A DNA stretch of 55,678 nt, taken from contig CANRMC010000001.1 in assembly GCA_947631605.1 (NCBI GenBank), positions 1-55,678 on the forward strand. The letters are read 5' to 3'. This stretch comes from an uncultured Lachnospiraceae bacterium (GTDB lineage Bacteria > Bacillota > Clostridia > Lachnospirales > Lachnospiraceae). The notes beneath the pieces are model-generated. The model saw only the letters and a list, made by a program, of their open reading frames with translations, had not been told where the DNA came from and made no database searches. This document shows positions 49,066-55,678 of the stretch, piece after piece; positions within the stretch are counted from its first letter, which is position 1; the number at the start of each line of letters is the position of its first letter. The position numbers were made by a program, and so were the translations under genes.

Positions 49066-49125
49066 ATCATATATGCCGTTTTTTTGCAAGGCAGTTTCGG
49101 AGAAAACGGCTGTCCGGAGAGTGGA

Positions 49126-49806
49126 ATGGAAGCAAAGAAAGAAGAAAAAAATAAGAAAAAAGAATACTACCGCATGAAGAACGAACCGCCCCGCCTTTCT
49201 CTTTTGGAGGAGATCGGGAACGCTGTTTCACATGGGATCGGAGCCGGACTTTCGGTGGCAGGGCTTGTCCTTCTTCTTTTGAAGTCAGATACCGGATTGA
49301 AAGTGATGGCGTCCTGCTTTTACGGGATCAGCCTGGTCCTGCTCTTTCTTATGAGCTGTCTCTATCATTCCTATCGGGCGGGCTCTACGGTAAAGCGGCT
49401 GTGGAGGCGTTTTGATTATTCTTCCATTTATCTTTTAATCGGAGGAACCTTTGCGCCTCTTTATCTGGTTTATTGGGGTAATACGCTTGGGATAGTCCTT
49501 TTCTGTGTGCAGTGGTTTCTGATTATCACCGGAATTACATTTATCAGTATTTTTGGACCGGGGCGTTTCCGGGTATTGCATTATGCCTTATATTTCGTGA
49601 TCGGCTGGAGTGCGCTTATGTTTTTTCCGGACTGGATAAAAAACAGCCGGAAACTTATGTGGATCATCCTTCTGGGCGGTGTGATCTATACGTTTGGCAT
49701 GATCCCTTTTGCCATGAAGAAGAAAGGCGCTCATTTTATCTGGCACATTTTTGTTCTGGCAGGTGCGCTCATACATTGGTTTGCTATCTATTATCTGGTT
49801 TACTGA
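49126..49806 (+). CDS. Hemolysin III / PAQR-family membrane protein
   Basis: 7-TM protein. Motifs SHGIGAG, YHS and RRFDYSSIYLLIGGTFAP. Start could also be the ATG at 49174. Confidence 0.8.
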   Translation: MEAKKEEKNKKKEYYRMKNEPPRLSLLEEIGNAVSHGIGAGLSVAGLVLLLLKSDTGLKVMASCFYGISLVLLFLMSCLYHSYRAGSTVKRLWRRFDYSSIYLLIGGTFAPLYLVYWGNTLGIVLFCVQWFLIITGITFISIFGPGRFRVLHYALYFVIGWSALMFFPDWIKNSRKLMWIILLGGVIYTFGMIPFAMKKKGAHFIWHIFVLAGALIHWFAIYYLVY

Positions 49807-49943
49807 CAGTATACAAATCTTTTTATTTATGTTAAAATATGCCCAATGGCGGAACCTTTTATGGTTTTTTGCCGGAGGAAGTATCATATAATAAAAGAAA
49901 ACGATTTTATATATGGAATTAAAGAAATGAAAAGGAGACAGAT

Positions 49944-51761
49944 ATGTGCGGAATTATTGGATTTACCGGTACGCTTCCGGTAAAGGATGTTCTGATCGAC
50001 GGACTGGAACGTCTGGAGTATCGAGGATATGACAGCGCGGGAATCGCAGTCCTTGACAGGAACGAGGGAATAGTGATTAAGAAGCAGACGGGAAAAGTGT
50101 CCGGACTTCGGGAAGCAACGGAGAATATGGAGTTGGATGCGGTCTGTGGGATCGGACATACCAGATGGGCAACCCATGGCGGCGTCACAGACGTGAATGC
50201 GCATCCGCATAAGTGCGGACAGGTAGCATTGATTCATAACGGTATCATTGAAAACTACAGAGAGCTGATTACGGAGCACGGTTTGAAGGACAGACTGGTT
50301 TCCGAGACGGATACAGAGGTCGTAGCCGCACTGTTGGATAAAATGTATGACGGCGATCCGTTCAGCACGATTCGGGACGCCGTAAAAAAACTGGCGGGTT
50401 CTTTTGCACTTTGTATTATGTTCGAAGACCAGCCGGGAAAGATATTTGCCGTCCGGAACGTCAGTCCGATGGTGGCAGCTTCATTTCCGGAAGGTTCTAT
50501 TATCGCTTCTGACCTTACGGCGCTGATTTCCTTTTCCAAGAAATATTTTGTTGTTCCGGAATATCATATTTTAACGCTTGCGCCGGATCAGATTACGGTG
50601 CAGGATATGAAGGGGAAGACCGTTACGCCGGAAATCCTGGAAGTAAACTGGGATATCAAATCCGCGCAAAAGGGCGGTTACCCGTTCTTTATGCTGAAAG
50701 AGATCTACGACCAGCCGGAGGCGCTCCGGAATACGGTTACGCCGCGGGTAAAGGACGGTCTGCCGTACCTTGTGGATGACGGCATTGATGATACTGTTTT
50801 TGAAGGAATTAAAAATATTACGGTTGTTGCCTGTGGAACCGCCATGCATGCAGGTATGGTGGGAAGAACGCTGATCGAGAATAAGCTCAGGATCCCTGTG
50901 AACGTTGAGATCGCTTCTGAATTCCGGTATAAGGATCCGATCATTGATTCCGAGACGCTTACGATCGTGCTCTCACAGTCCGGAGAAACGGTAGATACGC
51001 TGGAGGCGCTCCGTCTGGCACAGCGGAAAGGCTCCAAAGTGCTTTCAATCGTAAATGTAAAAGGCTCCACGATCGCCAGAGAGAGCGATTACGTATTATA
51101 TACCCATGCAGGTCCGGAAATAGCGGTTGCCAGTACAAAGGCATATACGGTTCAGATTGCCGCCATGTATATTTTGGCATGTAAGATCGGACTGGTAAAG
51201 CATTTGATCTCCGAAGAAGAAGCGCGGGCGTTTATCGGACAGCTTCAGAATGCCGGTGAGATCATCGAGAAGACGCTGGAACGGGCGGACGATATTAAAC
51301 GGATTGCGAACCACATTATGACGGCGCCGGACGTATTTTATATCGGCAGAGGACTGGATCATACCATGAGCGTGGAAGCCGCCCTGAAATTGAAGGAGAT
51401 TTCCTATATTCATGCGGAGGCTTATGCAGCCGGAGAATTAAAACATGGAACGATCGCTCTCATTTCCGAAAATGTTCCGGTCATTGCGATCGCAACGCAG
51501 CAGGATGTATACAGCAAGATGATCTCCAATATCCGCGAAGTGAAATCCAGAGGCGCTTATGTGGTGCTTGTCAGCATGGATGAGCAGACGCCGGATCAGA
51601 AGGTATGCGACAAACATATCCGGCTTCCGGAGATACAGAGTGAATTTACGGTATTTGCTACGGCAGTGATCCTGCAATTGATCGCGTATTATACATCAGA
51701 CGCAAAGGGACTGGATGTGGATAAACCGAGAAATCTGGCAAAATCCGTTACGGTAGAATAG
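49944..51761 (+). CDS. glmS: Glutamine--fructose-6-phosphate aminotransferase (isomerizing)
   Basis: N-terminal MCGIIG nucleophile, two SIS domains, C-terminal KPRNLAKSVTVE. Confidence 0.95.
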   Translation: MCGIIGFTGTLPVKDVLIDGLERLEYRGYDSAGIAVLDRNEGIVIKKQTGKVSGLREATENMELDAVCGIGHTRWATHGGVTDVNAHPHKCGQVALIHNGIIENYRELITEHGLKDRLVSETDTEVVAALLDKMYDGDPFSTIRDAVKKLAGSFALCIMFEDQPGKIFAVRNVSPMVAASFPEGSIIASDLTALISFSKKYFVVPEYHILTLAPDQITVQDMKGKTVTPEILEVNWDIKSAQKGGYPFFMLKEIYDQPEALRNTVTPRVKDGLPYLVDDGIDDTVFEGIKNITVVACGTAMHAGMVGRTLIENKLRIPVNVEIASEFRYKDPIIDSETLTIVLSQSGETVDTLEALRLAQRKGSKVLSIVNVKGSTIARESDYVLYTHAGPEIAVASTKAYTVQIAAMYILACKIGLVKHLISEEEARAFIGQLQNAGEIIEKTLERADDIKRIANHIMTAPDVFYIGRGLDHTMSVEAALKLKEISYIHAEAYAAGELKHGTIALISENVPVIAIATQQDVYSKMISNIREVKSRGAYVVLVSMDEQTPDQKVCDKHIRLPEIQSEFTVFATAVILQLIAYYTSDAKGLDVDKPRNLAKSVTVE

Positions 51762-51804
51762 ATGCAGATTACGGTCCGACTGTACGAAGAACAGAGGTAA
51801 ATGT

Positions 51805-53301
51805 ATGGTAACAAATGACGCTACGATCGTTAAAGTAAAGCATGAAACATTATATGAAGTTGCAAAGGCGGCATATGCGGGGATTCTGGAGGAGGAAAAG
51901 GATCATATTCCTTTCCGTATGATCCCGGGACCGAAGCCGAGATACCGCTGCTGTATTTATAAAGAGCGGGAAGTGATCCGTCAGAGGATCCGTCTGGCGT
52001 GTGGGAAACCTATGGGTGAAACGGATGACGGATTGGTGGTGCAGGTTATCAAACCGGCATGCGAGGGTTGTCCGATCTCCCGTTACGTCGTTACGGATAA
52101 CTGCCAGAACTGCATGGGGAAGGCTTGTATTTCTTCCTGCAAGTTCGGTGCTATCAGTCAGGGGAAGACCAGAACCTATATCGATCCGGATAAATGCAAA
52201 GAGTGCGGCATGTGTGCGAAGGCATGTCCGTACAACGCCATTGCGGATCTGGTAAGGCCGTGTAAAAGAAATTGTCCGGTAGACGCCATTACGATGGACG
52301 AAAACAATATCTGCCAGATTGACGCTGAAAAATGTATTGAGTGCGGAAAATGTATTCATAGCTGTCCGTTTGGCGCTATCAGTTCCCGGACGTTTATTGT
52401 GGATGTCATCAATGAGATCCGGGCAGGAAAGAAAGTGATCGCCATGCTGGCGCCGGCGACGGAGGGACAGTTTGGTGCAGATATAACTATGCAGAGCTGG
52501 AGAACCGCTTTGAAGAAGATCGGCTTTGCGGATATGGTGGAAGTCGGACTCGGCGGAGATCTGACTGCGCATGCAGAAGCGGAAGAATGGGCGGAGGCTT
52601 ACGCGGAAGGAAAGAAGATGACAACTTCCTGCTGTCCGGCGTTTTACAATCTGGTCCGGAATTTCTTCCCGGATTTATTGGATCATGTTTCTTCAACGAT
52701 CTCACCGATGGGCGGTGTTTCCAGAATGCTGAAGGCGCAGGATCCGGAACTGGTAACAGTTTTCATCGGTCCTTGTATCGCAAAGAAGAGCGAGGTTTTA
52801 AAAGGTCGGATGGACGGAAATGCAGATTACGCCCTGACTTATGGAGAGATCCGCGCAATGCTCCGGGCAAAGGATGTAAAACTGGAGCCGGAGGAAAATA
52901 TCAACCAGCAGGCAAGCGTGTTTGGTAAGCGTTTCGGGAATGGCGGCGGCGTAGCGGCAGCAGTCATGGAAGCAATGAAAGAAAGAGGCGTAGATACTTC
53001 AAAGATGAATGTACATATCTGCGATGGCGCGGAAGAATGTAAGAAAGCGCTTATGCTGCTTCGGGCGGATAAACTTCCGGAAGATTTCATTGAGGGTATG
53101 GCATGTCAGGGAGGCTGCGTCGGCGGACCGAGCCGTCATACGGAGATCAATCAGGCAAAACGGGCAAGGGATCTTCTGATCGCGTCCGCAGATAACCGGA
53201 ATATCGAAGAAAACCTGCATAATTATAATCTGGACAGTTTTTCCATGAAAAAAGACAGACGGCCGCTTACGGAAGCAGCGGCAACTCAGAACCCGGAATA
53301 A
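51805..53301 (+). CDS. [FeFe] hydrogenase (ferredoxin-like 4Fe-4S N-domain + H-cluster domain)
   Basis: H-cluster motifs TTSCCPAF, GPCIAKK and EGMACQGGCVGGP. Two CxxCxxCxxxCP clusters. Confidence 0.85.
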   Translation: MVTNDATIVKVKHETLYEVAKAAYAGILEEEKDHIPFRMIPGPKPRYRCCIYKEREVIRQRIRLACGKPMGETDDGLVVQVIKPACEGCPISRYVVTDNCQNCMGKACISSCKFGAISQGKTRTYIDPDKCKECGMCAKACPYNAIADLVRPCKRNCPVDAITMDENNICQIDAEKCIECGKCIHSCPFGAISSRTFIVDVINEIRAGKKVIAMLAPATEGQFGADITMQSWRTALKKIGFADMVEVGLGGDLTAHAEAEEWAEAYAEGKKMTTSCCPAFYNLVRNFFPDLLDHVSSTISPMGGVSRMLKAQDPELVTVFIGPCIAKKSEVLKGRMDGNADYALTYGEIRAMLRAKDVKLEPEENINQQASVFGKRFGNGGGVAAAVMEAMKERGVDTSKMNVHICDGAEECKKALMLLRADKLPEDFIEGMACQGGCVGGPSRHTEINQAKRARDLLIASADNRNIEENLHNYNLDSFSMKKDRRPLTEAAATQNPE

Positions 53302-53392
53302 AAACAGGATTGGAGTAAAAACGAAACCGAAGAAAAACGGGATCGGAGAAAAACAGAACCAGAGAAAAACGGAACCGGAGAAAAACGGAAAT
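53295..53392 (+). repeat. Six tandem 16-17-nt units, consensus GGAGAAAAACGGAACC, in the hydrogenase 3' UTR
   Basis: Units at 53295, 53312, 53329, 53345, 53361 and 53377. They lie between the stop codon and the terminator hairpin. Confidence 0.85.
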
Positions 53393-53405
53393 AAAGATAA
53401 AAGTA

Positions 53406-53444
53406 AGAGGCACCGAAGGAAATTACGGTGCCTCTTTGAATTTT
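53406..53444. terminator. Bidirectional intrinsic terminator (hydrogenase / convergent lipoprotein gene)
   Basis: AGAGGCACCG, 10-nt loop, CGGTGCCTCT, then TTGAATTTT. The opposite side is T-rich on the minus strand. Confidence 0.8.
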
Positions 53445-53457
53445 GGCGGAATGTGTA

Positions 53458-54222
53458 TTATTCCGCCGGCGTTTCGGATGTGGCTTCTTCGGACGCTGCT
53501 CCGTCTGATGCTGCTCCGTCGGATGTGGTTTCGCCGGTTGTTCCGGAACTATCCGGCGCTGCGATGATTGCCGCGTCGATCGCAAGGGCGTCTTCATCGC
53601 TGATATAGTAGGAATCATCGTTTACAATGATCTTTACTGTAATGGTGATCGGTTCCTGATAAGACGGTTCGGTCATTGCGCTCTGAAGTATTTCAATCAG
53701 TCCTTCTGCGAATTCGTGTTCATATTCACCGCGTTCGTAACTGTTATAATATCCGTTTCTTACTCTGGTGTTGAATTCATCCACATAACTGGAAACATCG
53801 TCATGCGTCTGGTTTAAAAAATCGATGGGATATATCGTAACGTCAACGTAGTATACGTTATCTTTTTCGTATGCCTTAGATACCGAAAACCTGACCTTAC
53901 TGTAGATATTTTTGGCAAGCTCTGTTATGAGAGGTTTCAGCGTCTCGTCATTGGAAATCTCCAGTCCGTAATAAGCGATCAGATTGTCTGCCAGCCGGTT
54001 CGCATTGGAATCATATAGTTCTTGCGCATCTTCGGCATTAGCCCCGGTCATTTCCAGATATTCATCGGAAGTTCCCAGATAATTTACGGTTATCAGGCTT
54101 TCCACATAGGACTTATATTTTTCCGGCCGGTTACTCATACTGCATCCGGTCAGTGCCGTTATCAGAAAAAGGGCGGTTAGTACAGTTATCAATCCCCTTC
54201 CGGCGGTTTTCTTAAAATCCAT
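53458..54222 (-). CDS. Hypothetical lipoprotein
   Basis: Start at MDFKKTAGRG (RBS GGAGG). Lipobox LTGC. Ser/Thr/Ala-rich C-terminal tail. Confidence 0.65.
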   Translation of the reverse strand: MDFKKTAGRGLITVLTALFLITALTGCSMSNRPEKYKSYVESLITVNYLGTSDEYLEMTGANAEDAQELYDSNANRLADNLIAYYGLEISNDETLKPLITELAKNIYSKVRFSVSKAYEKDNVYYVDVTIYPIDFLNQTHDDVSSYVDEFNTRVRNGYYNSYERGEYEHEFAEGLIEILQSAMTEPSYQEPITITVKIIVNDDSYYISDEDALAIDAAIIAAPDSSGTTGETTSDGAASDGAASEEATSETPAE

Positions 54223-54437
54223 TCTTATCCTCCAATTAAGATTTATTTTTAATGGTGTTAGTATATCACATCTTGCAAAATGGTACAAGGTGAAAGCATT
54301 TTCATATCCGGAAGGGAAAATTTATAAAAAAGTAAGTGCATAATGAACGGCTCTGTGGTATACTGATAAAGAGTGTAGGCTAAATATTTGTACCGATGGA
54401 AATAAATGATTTTTCGAAGAACGAAAGGGGAAACAAA

Positions 54438-55265
54438 ATGGAGGCACAGTTTAAGACAGTATCATTCGGAGGTTACGATAAAAAGGCAGTTGATACTTAT
54501 ATCGCCCAGATGGAAGCGGATTATGAGAAGGAAATCGCTTCTTTAAAAGCAAATGCGACGAAGCTCAGCGATACCGTAAAGAACCTTCATACGATGCGTG
54601 AAGTTAATATGAATGAATCGAAGGGAACCATCGATAACCTGAAAAGTGTGAATGAAAAGCTTCAGGTTGAGATTGATAACCTTAAGAGTGAATTAGAATC
54701 CTATAAATCAAAAGAAATGGAGTCCGCTACCAGATATGAATCCATTTCCAGAACTCTTCTTCAGGCGCGGGAGTCAGCGGACGCTTTGTCACAGAAGACC
54801 AATGCAGAATGTGAAGCAAAGAGGATGCAGACGGAGATTGAGTGTCAGCAGATTCGGGATGAGGCTGTTTCATTCAGTGAAGAGTTAAAGGCTTCGACCA
54901 CGGAAGAATGCGAGCGGCTGACAGCGGAGACGAAGAGCGCCTGTCAGGAATTAAAAGAAACGACATTTGCAAATTGTGATAATCTGAAGCGCCAGACCAG
55001 AGAAGAGACGGACGCTTTGACAGAAGAGACGGAAACGAAGTGCAGGAATATGGTGGCGGAAACCACGGCACAGTGCGACGCCATGAAGAGCGCGGCAAGA
55101 GTGGAAGTTTATAACGCAAGAATGACCGTAAAACGTGAGTGTGAGAGCATTAGTGATTTTGTGGCACAGCTTATGGTTTCTGTAGACAACGTGTCAAAAG
55201 CATGTATCGAAACAAAAGAATTTACGGACAGCGCATTCGGAGATTTAAGTTCTCAGGCAGAATAA
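54438..55265 (+). CDS. DivIVA-domain coiled-coil protein with 11-residue-periodic cysteines
   Basis: Start MEAQFKTVSFGGYDKKAVDTYI (DivIVA N-domain pattern). Long heptad/hendecad helical remainder. Confidence 0.75.
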   Translation: MEAQFKTVSFGGYDKKAVDTYIAQMEADYEKEIASLKANATKLSDTVKNLHTMREVNMNESKGTIDNLKSVNEKLQVEIDNLKSELESYKSKEMESATRYESISRTLLQARESADALSQKTNAECEAKRMQTEIECQQIRDEAVSFSEELKASTTEECERLTAETKSACQELKETTFANCDNLKRQTREETDALTEETETKCRNMVAETTAQCDAMKSAARVEVYNARMTVKRECESISDFVAQLMVSVDNVSKACIETKEFTDSAFGDLSSQAE

Positions 55266-55283
55266 TAGAATGTATACGGCATT

Positions 55284-55313
55284 GGGGACATTTCATATGT
55301 CCCCTGCTTTTTG
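55284..55313 (+). terminator. Intrinsic terminator after the DivIVA-domain gene
   Basis: GGGGACAT-TTCAT-ATGTCCCC followed by TGCTTTTTG. Confidence 0.75.
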
Positions 55314-55340
55314 TAAGCAGGCAGGAAAGGAGGGGTTCCG

Positions 55341-55678
55341 ATGATAATTGAGAGAAAATACATGGTAAATATAGTGAATCAGGCGGAAGAGCTGGTTCAT
55401 ACGATCATTTCGCTGGAAGATCTCTATTCTACGATCGTGGATCTGAATGGTAAGATCCTTCTGAAACCGGTAGGACCAACCGCTCATCTGGGAGCTTTCT
55501 ATGACCTGTTTGAACGTCCGATGTATCATGAACTGTATGAAAGGATAAAGGAAACGCTTGCGACGGAGAATGAGGCGTTTTATTGGGAAATGGATGACGG
55601 AAATCCGGACAGCCGTATTTCCGCCGCGCCGATCTGTATTGACGGGCAGCAGGTAGCGACATGGCGCTTATGTGCCTA
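55341..55678 (+). CDS. Hypothetical protein, 5' partial ORF running off the window end
   Basis: ATG after GGAAAGGAGGGG. Open frame MIIERKYMVNIVNQAEELVH... with no stop before 55678. Not in the ORF track because it is unterminated. Confidence 0.5.
   Translation, partial: MIIERKYMVNIVNQAEELVHTIISLEDLYSTIVDLNGKILLKPVGPTAHLGAFYDLFERPMYHELYERIKETLATENEAFYWEMDDGNPDSRISAAPICIDGQQVATWRLCA

Noticed and set aside
49807-49943. Possible glmS ribozyme upstream of glmS
   Set aside because: The leader is only ~137 nt, AT-rich, and lacks the conserved GC-rich ribozyme core helices I would expect. Running the Rfam glmS model would settle it.
53295-53392. CRISPR-like array (also considered for the repeats at 27575-27680, 32410-32945 and 42427-42512)
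   Set aside because: The units are 12-36 nt and directly abutting, with no unique spacers. Three of the four arrays lie inside coding sequences. No cas genes are present in the window.

Overview
This 55.7-kb window looks like a Clostridia (Lachnospiraceae-like) chromosome. That assignment is inferred from gene content: ChW-repeat protein, [FeFe] hydrogenase, CpsB/C/D-type capsule regulators and sortase. It splits into two parts. (1) The left ~21 kb is accessory. Positions 107-7492 carry a co-directional block: a GmrSD-like DUF262/DUF1524 nuclease, a 1120-aa helicase IV/UvrD-type helicase with extra nuclease-like, zinc-ribbon and RQC-like modules, a DUF1294 protein, an Ada-Zn-like small protein and a WYL regulator. 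An SDR epimerase, a nucleotidyltransferase and a GNAT follow. Positions ~10.0-21.2 kb are a strongly AT-rich island (sampled lines ~25% GC versus ~50% in the core) ending in a tyrosine recombinase. The island holds a SIR2-HerA defence pair in which herA is split by a frameshift, a GT2 plus GT4::CotS/APH-like kinase-fold fusion, a 1023-aa Mrr-nuclease/P-loop STAND/TPR protein, and a ~650-nt ORF-free region with nested hairpins and a possible pseudoknot (candidate large ncRNA). (2) The right ~34 kb is mostly core: pckA, a lysA-type decarboxylase with an in-frame TGA, ppiB, mltG, an FHA protein with a long acidic repeat, an OmpR-type two-component system, a ChW protein/sortase cluster, cpsB/C/D-like genes, a Na/Pi transporter, pyrBI, murA, metG, glmS, [FeFe] hydrogenase and a DivIVA-domain protein. 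No rRNA, tRNA or CRISPR array was seen. The candidates for something new are the GT pair inside the island, the compact Mrr-STAND protein, the GmrSD-helicase-WYL block and the structured non-coding region. All family assignments come from motifs read by eye and need HMM or structure searches.
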